Origin: an uncultured Gemmatimonadaceae bacterium
GTDB lineage: Bacteria; Gemmatimonadota; Gemmatimonadetes; Gemmatimonadales; Gemmatimonadaceae
NCBI GenBank assembly: GCA_963751275.1
Contig: CAVVTZ010000010.1
Coordinates: 19,012 to 83,011 of the forward strand
Length of the DNA: 64,000 nt
Reading direction: 5' to 3'
Part shown: piece after piece, positions 40,894-51,196 of the stretch
Layout: every line of letters starts with the position of its first letter
How positions within the stretch are numbered: position 1 is the first letter of the stretch
Translations under genes and position numbers: made by a program
The notes under the pieces: generated by a model
Told to the model about the DNA's origin: nothing
The model's input: the letters and a program-made list of their open reading frames with translations, nothing else
Databases searched by the model: none

Positions 40894-42267
40894 CTACTCC
40901 GGCAGCGCCGTCACGACGGTGCCCGGGTAGTACGTCGCGAGGATCGTGCGCGCGTCCTGCCCGGCCCGCGCGCGTCCGATCGCGCCCCACTGGCACATGC
41001 CCACGCCGTGCCCGTTCCCCGATCCGGTGACGGTGAGCAGCGTCACGCGCCCGTCGCCGTCGCGCTCCATGTCCAGCGAGAACATCGCGCTCGGCAGGAT
41101 CTCGCTTCCCGGCGCGCGGAGCACGAAACGGATCTCGTTGCTGCGCAGCGAGTATTCGCCGCGGTCCGTCACGAGCACGAGCGTCCCCACGCGGCCGCTG
41201 GGCGTGCGGTGGTCGATGCGCATGTCCGTCACCGCGCCGATCGCGCCATTCACCGGCGCATACGCGCGCAGGTTCTTCTCGAGCGCGGCCGACAACTGCT
41301 TTCGCGTGAAGGTGCGTGTCCAGCGGAAGTGCGGCGCGATGTCGCAGTAGAACCGGTCGCCGCTCCCCTTGATCCGGTCGCTCACCGACTGCAGGTAGGC
41401 CGCCGTCCCCTGGTGCCAGACTTCGTCGGCGTCGGCGGTGCGGCCGCCGCAGTTCGCCGAGTACGGCGCCGCGATCACGCGGCCCTGCCAGGTGATCACG
41501 AGTGAGCGCGTGGACGCGATCGCGGCATCGCTGAGCGGCGTCTCCGCCTCGACGCCGCCGTACACCTGGTCGCTCACGGTGGAGAGCAGATCGTACGAGC
41601 GCGCCGCGTCGGTGCGCAGATGCGCGAGCGCGTAGCTGCGCGCGGCGATCGCCTGCGCCTCCACGGCGGCCCGTTCCTCGGGGCGGCGGCGCCCGATCTC
41701 GAGCGGCACCACGCCGCGCAGGTAATCCTCGAGCGAGAGCCGGTTCACCACGACGAGGCCGTCCTTGCCGATGCGCACGGCGATCTCGCCGCGGTAGGAG
41801 CGGCCGTTCACGGTCACGAGCGCACCGGCGCGCGCGGGGCGCGCGACGAAGGGCGCATCGCGGCGCGAGGTCCGGTCGTTGGCCGTGCGCACGGCGCGCA
41901 GCTTGCCGTGGTCCGCCTCGATGGTCCAATCGTCGCCGGCGTCGCCCTTCACGACGAGGCTCGCGCCATCGCTGTCATAGAGGCGCCACGGTCCGGTGCC
42001 CGAGATCGTGACGCGCGGCGTGGACGTGTGCAGCGCGACACGCACGGCGCGCCCGCTCGCGAAGTCCGCGAGCTTCGGCGCTTCGACGTTGTCGCCGGGC
42101 GGGAGCGGCTGCTCCGCCGCGTTGTCCGTGGGGAGCGGCGGCTCCGCGGGAATGCCGGACGGTGGCGCACCCGGCTCGCGCTCCGGCGGCGCCTTGCCGC
42201 CGCACGCCGCGAGCAGCGTGAGCGCCGCGAGCGCGGCCGCAATGGCGGCGTCGCGCGCGGGGCGCAT
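40894..42267 (-). CDS. SpoIID/LytB domain lipoprotein
   Basis: Lipobox LAAC; YLRGVVPLE, AQAIAARSYA, DQVY and GHGVGMCQWGA motifs. Confidence 0.9.
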   Translation of the reverse strand: MRPARDAAIAAALAALTLLAACGGKAPPEREPGAPPSGIPAEPPLPTDNAAEQPLPPGDNVEAPKLADFASGRAVRVALHTSTPRVTISGTGPWRLYDSDGASLVVKGDAGDDWTIEADHGKLRAVRTANDRTSRRDAPFVARPARAGALVTVNGRSYRGEIAVRIGKDGLVVVNRLSLEDYLRGVVPLEIGRRRPEERAAVEAQAIAARSYALAHLRTDAARSYDLLSTVSDQVYGGVEAETPLSDAAIASTRSLVITWQGRVIAAPYSANCGGRTADADEVWHQGTAAYLQSVSDRIKGSGDRFYCDIAPHFRWTRTFTRKQLSAALEKNLRAYAPVNGAIGAVTDMRIDHRTPSGRVGTLVLVTDRGEYSLRSNEIRFVLRAPGSEILPSAMFSLDMERDGDGRVTLLTVTGSGNGHGVGMCQWGAIGRARAGQDARTILATYYPGTVVTALPE

Positions 42268-43634
42268 CAGCGGCCGAAGCTCCCCTGCACCACGCCGCCG
42301 AGCATCGGCAGCGCGCGTCCCGCGCGCGCCGGCGCCGGGGGCGGCGACACGACCCGCTCGAGCGTCGCGGCGAAGTCGTAGTCGTCCACCACGTCGTCGA
42401 TGCGCACGTCCACGATCGCGCCAGCGGGCGCGTCGCCCGCCACGCGCGTGATGCCATCGATGTCATCCGCCTGCCAGAGCGTCCGGGCCTCGCCCGGACG
42501 GTCCATGATGGCGCGCATCGTGGAGCCGATCATCCCCTCGTACCGCTCGGCGGTGATCGCGCGCTGCAGCGATGTGATGCGTTCGAGCCGCTCGCGCTTC
42601 TCCACCATGGGCACGTCGTCGTCGAGCTCCGCGGCGCGCGTGCCCTCCTGCTCCGAATAGGTGAAGGCGCCCACGCGCTCGAACCTCGCCTCCTCGAGCA
42701 GATCCGCGAGCTGCGCGACATTGTCCGGCGTCTCGCCCGGGAATCCGAGGATGCACGTGGTGCGGATCGCGACGCCGGGCACGGCATCGCGCACGCGCCG
42801 CACCGTCTCGCGGATCGTGCGCGCGCGCTCGGGGCGCCGCATGCGCGCGAGCACGGCGTCGGATCCGTGCTGGATCGGCATGTCGAGGTACGGCACGATG
42901 CGCGGCTCGCGCGCCATGAGCTCGAGCATCCGCGGCGTGAGGCCCGCCGAATAGATGTAGAGGAGACGGAACCAGGGGATCGACGTCTCGGCGAGCAGCG
43001 CCTCGAGCAGATCGGGGAGCTGCACGCCGTCGCGCACGTCGCGGCCGTAGTGCGCGAGGTCCTGCGCCACGAGATTCACCTCGCGCGCGCCCTGCAGCTC
43101 GAGCATCTGCGCCTCGCGGATCACGTCGGCGCGCGTGAACGAGCGGTGCTTGCCCCGCATGAGCGGGATCGCGCAGAAGGCGCAGCCGTGGTCGCAGCCC
43201 TCGCTCACCTTGAGGTAGCGCACGTGCGGCAGGTCGCCGGCGTAGAGGCGCACGCCCGGATGCGCCGTGTAGCCGCCCTCGATCGCGCCGCGCGCCGTGA
43301 GTTCCTGCGCGAGCGTGTCCATCTCCGACGTGCCGAGGAAGAAATCCACCTCGGGCAGCGCCTCGGCGAGCTCGCCTTTGTGCCGCTCCACCATGCAGCC
43401 GACCGCCGCGAGGATCCGGCAATTCCCCGAAGACTTGAGCCGGCCCGCTTCCACGATGGCATCGATCGACTCCCGCTTCGCGGCGTCGATGAAGCCGCAC
43501 GTGTTCACGACGATCAGTTCCGCATCGCCCGGCGAACGCACCGGCTCGAGCCCGAAGCCCGCCAGTTCGGCGAGCACGCGCTCGGAGTCCACCGTGTTCT
43601 TGTCGCAGCCCAGCGTGATGACACTGACCTTCAT
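42267..43634 (-). CDS. rimO: Ribosomal protein S12 methylthiotransferase
   Basis: LGCDKNTVDSE, NTCGFI and radical SAM CDHGCAFC motifs. Confidence 0.94.
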   Translation of the reverse strand: MKVSVITLGCDKNTVDSERVLAELAGFGLEPVRSPGDAELIVVNTCGFIDAAKRESIDAIVEAGRLKSSGNCRILAAVGCMVERHKGELAEALPEVDFFLGTSEMDTLAQELTARGAIEGGYTAHPGVRLYAGDLPHVRYLKVSEGCDHGCAFCAIPLMRGKHRSFTRADVIREAQMLELQGAREVNLVAQDLAHYGRDVRDGVQLPDLLEALLAETSIPWFRLLYIYSAGLTPRMLELMAREPRIVPYLDMPIQHGSDAVLARMRRPERARTIRETVRRVRDAVPGVAIRTTCILGFPGETPDNVAQLADLLEEARFERVGAFTYSEQEGTRAAELDDDVPMVEKRERLERITSLQRAITAERYEGMIGSTMRAIMDRPGEARTLWQADDIDGITRVAGDAPAGAIVDVRIDDVVDDYDFAATLERVVSPPPAPARAGRALPMLGGVVQGSFGR

Positions 43635-43731
43635 GGGAGCAAGCTAGCGGCGGCGCGGGGCCCGCTCAACCGCGCGGTGACCTCCGGTCGAGAGTGGAGT
43701 CCTTCACAGACACCCGCGCCGCCCTCCCCGC

Positions 43732-44829
43732 ATGACCTTCCTCTTCGCATCCGCCATCGACCCGAGCTGTCCGACGCTCGCCGGCGGAGCGCGCCTCGAT
43801 CAATTGGACCGCACGGGGCACTACGCGCGATGGGAAGAGGACCTCGAGCGCGCGCGCATGCTCGGCCTCGATGCGCTCTGGTACGGCGCGCCGTACTACC
43901 GGGCGCACCTCGCGCCCGACCACCATGATTGGGAATGCGTCGAGGAGCCCCTGTTCCGCCTGCGCGATCTCGGCGTGGAAGTGATCGCCGATCTGTGCCG
44001 CTTCGGCGTGCCTTCGTGGCTCGGTGGGTTCCAGGATCCGGCATTTCCTGTGCTCTTCGCCGAATACGCGCGCGCCTTCGCGCGCCGCTTCCCCTGGGTG
44101 CGCTGCTTCACGCCGGTGAGCGACATCCTGCAGTGCGCGTCGGCGTCGGCGCTGCACGGGGAGTGGAACGAGTGTGAGCGGAGTGATTCGGCGTTCGTGC
44201 GGGCGATCCGCAATCTCTGCATGGCGCACGAGCTCGCGGTGGAAGCGCTGCTCAACGAGCGGCCGGGCGCGCTGATCGTGCACCGCGAGGGCATCGCGCC
44301 CGCGCCGCCGGAGAGCGCCGAGGCCGCGCAGGGCGGCCGGTGGGACGCGTTGTGCCATCTCGCGCTCGATCTCACCCTGGGCCACGAGCTGTCGCCGGGC
44401 GCGGGGGCGTACCTGCAGCGGCACGGCGTGCCATCGAACGAATTGAGCTTCTTCCGCGAGGCGCGCGCCGCCGACCGGCGGTGGCTGGCTGTGAGCGCAC
44501 CCGCGGCGGCGCACGCGCGGCACCGGTGCCCGCTCTTCCCGATCGCGGGCGCGGGCGACGGTGGCCGTGCGATGCCCGCCCTGCGCGCCGCGTGGGATGC
44601 CTCGCTCGCGCTGCACGCGGGCGGCGCGCCGGTGCGCGGCTTCGCGTGGACGGCGCTCACCGACACCGTGGGCTGGGAGCATGGCGCGAGCGTGGCGGGG
44701 AACGCGGTGCGCGCCGACGGCCTGTGCACCCACGCGCGCCACGTGAGCGCGCTGGGCGAGCAATTCGCGGCCATGATGTTCGCGCGCCCGGACTCGGGCG
44801 CCGCGCCGGCGCTACGCGCTCAGCGGTAG
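43732..44829 (+). CDS. Degenerate glycoside hydrolase family 1-like protein
   Basis: GHYARWEEDL, DLCRFGVPSWLG.F and FAEYARAFARRFPW; catalytic motifs altered. Confidence 0.6.
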   Translation: MTFLFASAIDPSCPTLAGGARLDQLDRTGHYARWEEDLERARMLGLDALWYGAPYYRAHLAPDHHDWECVEEPLFRLRDLGVEVIADLCRFGVPSWLGGFQDPAFPVLFAEYARAFARRFPWVRCFTPVSDILQCASASALHGEWNECERSDSAFVRAIRNLCMAHELAVEALLNERPGALIVHREGIAPAPPESAEAAQGGRWDALCHLALDLTLGHELSPGAGAYLQRHGVPSNELSFFREARAADRRWLAVSAPAAAHARHRCPLFPIAGAGDGGRAMPALRAAWDASLALHAGGAPVRGFAWTALTDTVGWEHGASVAGNAVRADGLCTHARHVSALGEQFAAMMFARPDSGAAPALRAQR

Positions 44830-45320
44830 TTCCCGAACTTCAGCTCCACGCCGAAGTCCTTGCCGCGCAGCAGCGCGATGACCTCCTGCAGCTCGTCGCG
44901 CGATGGCGACGTGATGCGCACCTGCTCGCCCTGGATCGAGGCCTGCACCTTCTTCATCTTGGCCTCCTTGATCGCGGCGACCACCTTCTTGGCGGTCTCG
45001 CCGTCGAGCGACATCTTGAGCGCGATCTCGCGCCGCACCGTGTCGCCCCCCGCCGGCACGATCTCGCCGATGTCCAGGTTCTTCACCGGCACGCCGCGCT
45101 TCACCAGCTTCGCGTGCAGCACGTCGTGCAGCGCGCGCATCTTGAAGTCGTCGTCGGCCACCAGCAGCAGCTTGTTCTCGGCGCGCTTGAACTCGAGGGA
45201 GACCTTCGTGCCCTTGAAGTCGTAGCGCTGCGCGATCTCCTTCTGCGCCTGGTTCACCGCGTTGTCCACTTCCTGCAGGTCGACGCCGGTGGTCACGTCG
45301 AAGGAGCTGTTCGCCGCCAC
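44820..45320 (-). CDS. yajQ: YajQ family nucleotide-binding protein
   Basis: SFDV, QEVDNAVNQ, RYDFKG, VQASIQG and FGNYR motifs. Confidence 0.95.
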   Translation of the reverse strand: MAANSSFDVTTGVDLQEVDNAVNQAQKEIAQRYDFKGTKVSLEFKRAENKLLLVADDDFKMRALHDVLHAKLVKRGVPVKNLDIGEIVPAGGDTVRREIALKMSLDGETAKKVVAAIKEAKMKKVQASIQGEQVRITSPSRDELQEVIALLRGKDFGVELKFGNYR

Positions 45321-45322
45321 GG

Positions 45323-46180
45323 TCAGCCCAGGAAGGACTCGAGCGCGCGCGCCCGCGACACGTGGCGCAGCCGCGAGAGCGCCTTCTCCTTGATCTGCCG
45401 TACGCGCTCGCGCGTGATGCCGAGCAGCGAGCCGATCTGCTCGAGCGTCATCGGCTCTTCGCCGTCGAGCCCGAAGTAGAGGCGCAGGATCTTCGCCTCG
45501 CGCTCCTTGAGCGACGAGAGCGATTCCTCGATCGCCTCGGTCAGCGCCTTCTCGAAGGTCTGCTCGTCGGGCGTGGGGTTGAGGTTGTCCGGCAGATAGT
45601 CGAGCAGCCGGTTGTCCTCGCCCGGCGTCAGCGGCGCGTCGAGGGAGAGATGGGTCTGCGAGATCGAGATCGTCTTGGCGACCTCTTCCTCGGTGAGGTC
45701 CATCTCCTGCGCGATCTCCTCGTGCGTCGGCTCGCGGCCCAGCTCCTGCAACAGCGCGTTCGCGCGCTTGCCGATGCGGTGCAGCGTGCCCGCGCGGTTG
45801 AGCGGCACGCGCACGATGCGCGACTGCTCGGCGAGCGCCTGCAGGATCGCCTGGCGGATCCACCACACGGCGTACGAGATGAACTTGATCCCCTTCGTCT
45901 CGTCGAACTTGTGGGCGGCGCGGATGAGGCCGAGGTTCCCCTCGTTGATCAGGTCGGAGAGCGCCACGCCCTGATTCTGGTACTTCTTCGCGACGGAGAC
46001 GACGAATCGCAGATTGGAGCGCACGAGCTTGTCGAGCGCCTCGTGGTCCTTCACCCGGATCAGCTGCGCGAGCCGCACCTCTTCATCGCGGTCGATCAGC
46101 GGATAGATGCTGATGTCCCGCAGGTACTGGTCGAGCGAGCCTTCGTCGTACGAGGACTTGCGATGCGGGGTGACGGCCAT
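45323..46180 (-). CDS. RpoD/SigA-family sigma factor lacking region 1.1
   Basis: NLRFVVSVAKKY, DLINEGNLGL, FISYAVWWIRQ and TRERVRQI motifs. Confidence 0.93.
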   Translation of the reverse strand: MAVTPHRKSSYDEGSLDQYLRDISIYPLIDRDEEVRLAQLIRVKDHEALDKLVRSNLRFVVSVAKKYQNQGVALSDLINEGNLGLIRAAHKFDETKGIKFISYAVWWIRQAILQALAEQSRIVRVPLNRAGTLHRIGKRANALLQELGREPTHEEIAQEMDLTEEEVAKTISISQTHLSLDAPLTPGEDNRLLDYLPDNLNPTPDEQTFEKALTEAIEESLSSLKEREAKILRLYFGLDGEEPMTLEQIGSLLGITRERVRQIKEKALSRLRHVSRARALESFLG

Positions 46181-46259
46181 GGATCCAGCAGCTCCGGCAA
46201 ACGGACAGTGCGGCAAGCGCGCTAGCGCGAGCGGATCTCCGAGAATGCCACCGGCGCGG

Positions 46260-47037
46260 TCAGCGAACCCGCGTTCCGATCCTGCTCCAGCGGACGTTCG
46301 TCAGCCACGCCGCCCGGCGCGTCGCGTCGGGCTCATAGCTGTAGTACACGAACATCGGCCGGCCCCGCACGAGCGAATCCGGCACGAAGCCCCAGTAGCG
46401 GCTGTCGGCCGAGTTGTCGCGATTGTCGCCGAGCACGAAGTAGTTCCTCTCTGGGACGACCAATGGACCCCAGTTGTTACGCGACGGATGCGTGCTCGCT
46501 TCGGCCGTGCGCACGAGGAACGGCCGCTGCCACGCGAACTCCGCCTCGCCCGGGTCCGAGTCCGGATCCGTGTGCACCACGTACGGCTCCACGAGCGCCG
46601 TGCCATTGATGAACACCGTCCCCTCGCGCATTTCAACCGTGTCGCCCGGCAGCCCCACGAGGCGCTTCACGTAATCCTTCTCGGGGTTCGGTGGATATTC
46701 GAACACGAGGATCTCGCCGCGCTTCGGATGCTGCAACGCCGGCAGGCGCATGTGCACGAAGGGCACTTCGGCGCCGTACACGGCCTTGTTCACGAAGAGG
46801 AAGTCGCCCACGAGCAGCGTGTTCTCCATGCTGCCCGACGGGATCTTGAACGCTTCCACGAAGAACGGGCGCGCGACGAAGAACACGACCACCACCGCGC
46901 ACACCACGATGAACACCCACTCGCTGAACCAGCGCAGCCGCCACGGCGCGGCGGTTCAGCACGCGCAGCGCCTGGACGCGCTGCGCGTCCGAGACCGGCC
47001 TACCCGGCGTTGCGGGGGTTTTCGAGGGGGTATCCAT
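46260..47037 (-). CDS. lepB: Signal peptidase I; frameshift near 46945
   Basis: IPSGSMENTL, YVKRLVGLPGD and GDNRDNSADSRYWG motifs. Confidence 0.93.
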
Positions 47038-47082
47038 AGTCTATCTATTAAGTAAGACGAACCTCCGCCGCCCACGCAAGGA

Positions 47083-47206
47083 GCGCGTCTGGCGTTTGGC
47101 GTATGGTCCGCGGCATGACAATTGATGACGTCCGACTCACGAACCTACTCGCGCCCGACAGAATCAGTTGTCATGCCGCGGACCACACGCTGACGACTAG
47201 ACGCGC
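47083..47206. repeat. Palindromic element, family A copy 2
   Basis: GCGCGTCT...GGTCCGCGGCATGACAA / TTGTCATGCCGCGGACC...AGACGCGC. Confidence 0.88.
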
Positions 47207-47208
47207 CG

Positions 47209-48693
47209 CTAGTAGTTGTCGATCTGCGCCCGCTGCAGCGTCCCCGAATAGTCGACGTACCCGACTTTGGTCTCCGAGTAGAACTCGTACACTTCCCACC
47301 CGCCTTCGCGATGGCCGTTGCCCGTCTGCTTCACACCGCCGAACGGCAGATGCGCCTCCGCGCCGATCGTCGGCGCGTTCACGTACGTGATGCCGTTGTC
47401 CAGTTCGTTCAGCGCCCGGAAGGCGAGATTGACGTCCCGCGTGTAGAACGATGACGACAGCCCGTATTTGACATCGTTGTTCACGGCGATCGCCTCGTCG
47501 GCGTCCTTCACCTTGATCACCGAGAGCACGGGGCCGAAGATCTCCTCCTGCTCGAGGCGCGAGCCCGCCTTCACGCCGGCGAAGATCGTCGGCTGGAAGA
47601 AGAAGCCGTGCTCGAGGCCGTGACCCGTCGCGCGCTCGCCGCCCGTGACGAGCGACGCCTGCTCGCCGAGCCCGATCTCGATGTAGCGCTCGACCTTCTC
47701 GCGCGACTCCTCGTGGATGAGCGGACCGACGTCGGTGCCCGGCTTGCTCCCGTCGCCGAGCTTCAGCGCCGCCGCGCGCGTCGCGAGCCGGTCGAGCAAC
47801 CGGTCGTGCACGCCCGCCTGCACGATCAGCCGGCTCGTCGCGGTGCAGCGCTGCCCGGTCGTGCCGAACGCGCCCCAGAGCACGCCGTCGAGCACGAGAT
47901 CCAGGTCGGCGTCGTCGATCACGATCATCGCGTTCTTGCCGCCCATCTCCAGCGACAGCCGCTTGTGCATGCGCCCGCACGTCTCGCCCACGATCGCGCC
48001 CGTGGTCGTGGATCCCGTGAACGAGATCACCGGCACCTCGGGATGCGACACGATCGCCGCGCCCACGGTCTCGCCGAGGCCGTGCACGAGCTGGATCACT
48101 TCGGGCGGGAGCCCCGCCTCGAGCAGGATCTCCACCAGCACGTGCCCCGTGTGCGGCACGTCCTCCGCCGGCTTGAAGATCACGGCGTTGCCGCACACGA
48201 GCGCGGGGAACGATTTCCAGGTGGGGATCGCGAGCGGGAAGTTGAACGGCGTGATCAGCCCCGCCACGCCGATCGGGCGGCGAAAGCTCATCGCCCACTT
48301 GTTGCGCAGCTCGCTCGGCACGGTCTTGCCGAACATCCGGCGCCCCTCCACCGCCGCGTAGTACGCGGTGTCGATCCCTTCCTGCACGTCACCGCGCGTC
48401 TCGGCCAGCGGCTTGCCCATCTCGCGCGTCATCAGCGAGGCGAGCTCCTCCTTCCGCTTCACGAGGATGTCGCCCACGCGGCGCAGCACATCGCCGCGCG
48501 CCGGCGCCGGCGTGCGCTTCCACATCGCGAATCCCTTCTTCGCGCTCGCCACCGCCTTCTCGACGTCGGCCGCGCCGCTCTTCGGGAACTTGCCGATCAC
48601 ATCCCGCGTGTCGGCCGGATTCGCGTTCTGGAAATAGTCGCCGGTGCTCGGCTCGACCCACTGGCCGGCAATGAAATTCTTGAAGGTCGTCAT
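47209..48693 (-). CDS. Aldehyde dehydrogenase
   Basis: PFNFP, FTGS, EMGGKN, GQRCT and EEIFGP motifs. Confidence 0.93.
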   Translation of the reverse strand: MTTFKNFIAGQWVEPSTGDYFQNANPADTRDVIGKFPKSGAADVEKAVASAKKGFAMWKRTPAPARGDVLRRVGDILVKRKEELASLMTREMGKPLAETRGDVQEGIDTAYYAAVEGRRMFGKTVPSELRNKWAMSFRRPIGVAGLITPFNFPLAIPTWKSFPALVCGNAVIFKPAEDVPHTGHVLVEILLEAGLPPEVIQLVHGLGETVGAAIVSHPEVPVISFTGSTTTGAIVGETCGRMHKRLSLEMGGKNAMIVIDDADLDLVLDGVLWGAFGTTGQRCTATSRLIVQAGVHDRLLDRLATRAAALKLGDGSKPGTDVGPLIHEESREKVERYIEIGLGEQASLVTGGERATGHGLEHGFFFQPTIFAGVKAGSRLEQEEIFGPVLSVIKVKDADEAIAVNNDVKYGLSSSFYTRDVNLAFRALNELDNGITYVNAPTIGAEAHLPFGGVKQTGNGHREGGWEVYEFYSETKVGYVDYSGTLQRAQIDNY

Positions 48694-49167
48694 TTCGGGG
48701 CGCTCGGTGGCGTTGGTGGCGTCGTGGGACAGAACCAGACGGCGGGATGCAGCGGCGTCGGCTTCGCGTAACCTACACGAGGCAGCACCTCGACGGCACC
48801 CAGCACGATCCCCCACGTCACGAGCAGCAGCGAGAGGAAATGCGCGCGCGCCGAGCGATGCCGCCAGGTCCACACGGAGGTCCACACGCCCGCGCCCGCG
48901 ACGACGATCGTCGCACCGAGATACCCGAACAGTCCCACGCCGCAGCGCGCCGCGTACGGCCAGAAGAGCATCCCGACGCCGAGCGCCACCGCGAGCACGA
49001 GCCGCGCGAACACGCCGAAGGTCGAGGTCTCGCGCTGCGACCGCCTGGATCTTCTCCTTCTGCGCGGGCGTCTTCGCCGACGATGACGAGATCAATTCCT
49101 CATCCGAGATCGACTCCAGCTGCTTGTCGATCTTCTTCATCTCCTCGTCCCAGTTCTTCGCGGCCAT
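48690..49167 (-). CDS. Hypothetical membrane protein; frameshift near 49035
   Basis: Charged N-terminus MAAKNWDEEM, then three TM helices in the second frame. Confidence 0.65.
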
Positions 49168-49175
49168 GCGTTCTC

Positions 49176-50546
49176 CTATCCGTCGGCGCGTGAGAGGCGG
49201 TACCGCTCGATCTTCTTGTAGAGGTTGGAGCGCGGCATGTCCAGCAGCCGCGCCGTCTCCGACACGTTCCAGTCGTGCTCGCGCAGCTTCGCGAGCAGGA
49301 AGGCGCGCTCGGCCATGTCCTTGAACTCGTCGAACGTCTTGCACGACGCGAGCGCGCCGATGCCGGGTTCGCCGCCGCCGGCGCGCGGCCCGAGCAGCCG
49401 GTCCACTTCGGCGGCGGTCACGCGCGGGCCGGCCGCCAGGATCAGCAGCCGCTCGACCGTGTTGCGCAGCTCGCGCACGTTCCCCGGCCATTCGCGCTCG
49501 CCGAGCCGCGCCACCGCATCGTCCCCGATCGCGCGCGGCGCCATCCCCTCCTGCGTCGAGAGCTGCTGCACGAAGTGCGCGACGAGGAGCGGGATGTCCT
49601 CGCGCCGCTCGCGAAGCGCCGGCACGGCGATCGGCAGCACGTTGAGCCGGTAGAAGAGGTCCTCGCGGAACCGGCCCGCGGCGATCTCCTCCTCCAGGCG
49701 CTTGTTCGTCGCGGCGATCACGCGCACGTCCACGCTCACCGGCTTCGCGCCGCCGATGCGCGTCACGACGCCATCCTCGAGCACGCGCAGCACCTTCGCC
49801 TGCGCCGAGAGGCTCATGTCGCCGACTTCGTCGAGGAAGAGCGTCCCGCCCGCCGCCTGCTCGAACTTCCCCGCGCGGTCGGCGATGGCGCCGGTGAACG
49901 ATCCCTTCAAGTGGCCGAACAGCTCGCTCTCGATCAGCTCCGACGGGATCGCCGCGCAGTTCACCTCGATGAACGGGCCGTCGCGCCGCGCCGACAGCGC
50001 GTGGATCGCGCGCGCGACGAGTTCCTTGCCGGTGCCGTTCTCGCCGGTGATCAGTACGCGGGCGTTCGTCGGGCCCACGCGCTCGAGCCGTTCGATCAGC
50101 GCGCGGATCGCCGCCGATTTCCCCACGATCTGGTGGCGCGACTCGATCTTCTCGCGCAGCCGCACGTTCTCGTCCTGCAGGCGCGCATGCCGCAGCGCGT
50201 TGCGCAGCGTGACGAGGATCCGGTCGGTATCGAGCGGCTTCTCGAGGAAATCGTACGCGCCGAGCTGCGTCGCCTCGACCGCCGTCTGGATCGTGCCGTG
50301 GCCGCTGATCATGATCACGAGCGCGGCCGGGTCGAACGCGCGCAGGCGCTTGAGCGTCTCGAGGCCGTCGATGCCGCTCATCTTCACGTCGAGGAACACG
50401 ACGTGCGGGCGCCACGATTCGTACGTCTTGAGCGCCTCCGATCCGCTCGCGACCGCGCGCACCTCGTGCCCTTCGTATTCGAGCAGCTGGCCGAGCGCCG
50501 CGCGCACGCCCTGCTCATCGTCGGCGATCAACAGACGCTGCGTCAC
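49176..50546 (-). CDS. NtrC/NtrX-family response regulator (REC-AAA+-HTH)
   Basis: ADD...FLDVKM, GENGTGKE, ESELFGH, GSFTGA and WPGNVREL motifs. Confidence 0.93.
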   Translation of the reverse strand: MTQRLLIADDEQGVRAALGQLLEYEGHEVRAVASGSEALKTYESWRPHVVFLDVKMSGIDGLETLKRLRAFDPAALVIMISGHGTIQTAVEATQLGAYDFLEKPLDTDRILVTLRNALRHARLQDENVRLREKIESRHQIVGKSAAIRALIERLERVGPTNARVLITGENGTGKELVARAIHALSARRDGPFIEVNCAAIPSELIESELFGHLKGSFTGAIADRAGKFEQAAGGTLFLDEVGDMSLSAQAKVLRVLEDGVVTRIGGAKPVSVDVRVIAATNKRLEEEIAAGRFREDLFYRLNVLPIAVPALRERREDIPLLVAHFVQQLSTQEGMAPRAIGDDAVARLGEREWPGNVRELRNTVERLLILAAGPRVTAAEVDRLLGPRAGGGEPGIGALASCKTFDEFKDMAERAFLLAKLREHDWNVSETARLLDMPRSNLYKKIERYRLSRADG

Positions 50547-51196
50547 GTTCCGCTCCGGTAGACGGTGATGCGATCCGAGTGCACGCGCACATCGGCAATG
50601 TGCGGCGGCACGGCGAACGGAAGGGCATCCGGCGCCATGCCCACCGCGCGCGAGCGGTTCAGGTGGTCGAGCACCTTCGGGATCATCGGCCCCGGCACCT
50701 GCAGGTCGCCGATCGTGAGCGACGTCACGCGGTACTCGGCGAGCCCCGGGCGCACGACATCGAGCGTGCCGCCGAACTGCATCTTCGTGCGCTGCGTCAG
50801 CACGCCCGAGAGCGGACCGAGGTCCTGGTCCGGTCCGATGTCCTTGAGCTGGATCGTCGCGTTCACGTAGAGATGGTCGCCCATGACCGAGGCCAGCGTG
50901 GGGTCCGCCGATTCCGGCAGCTGCGCGCGCACCTCCTTGAAGATGAGCGCCGCGAGATCGCCCGGCGCGATGTTCGCGAACACCGGACCCACCGGGTGCT
51001 TCATCGAGTCGAGCTGCGCCTGCGCGTGGTCCGCGCCCGCTGTCGTCATCATCTCCCAGTGGATCGCGGGCGACGCGGCGCTCCGCGGCGGCGGCGCGAC
51101 GCGGCTGCGCCCCGCCCAGAAGTCGCGCATCATCCACGCGACCACCACGAGCACGGCGATCACCAGCACGCAGCCGATCCGTCGCATGCAGCCCAT
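50543..51196 (-). CDS. Hypothetical membrane-anchored protein
   Basis: N-terminal TM helix; overlaps both neighbours. Confidence 0.65.
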   Translation of the reverse strand: MGCMRRIGCVLVIAVLVVVAWMMRDFWAGRSRVAPPPRSAASPAIHWEMMTTAGADHAQAQLDSMKHPVGPVFANIAPGDLAALIFKEVRAQLPESADPTLASVMGDHLYVNATIQLKDIGPDQDLGPLSGVLTQRTKMQFGGTLDVVRPGLAEYRVTSLTIGDLQVPGPMIPKVLDHLNRSRAVGMAPDALPFAVPPHIADVRVHSDRITVYRSGT

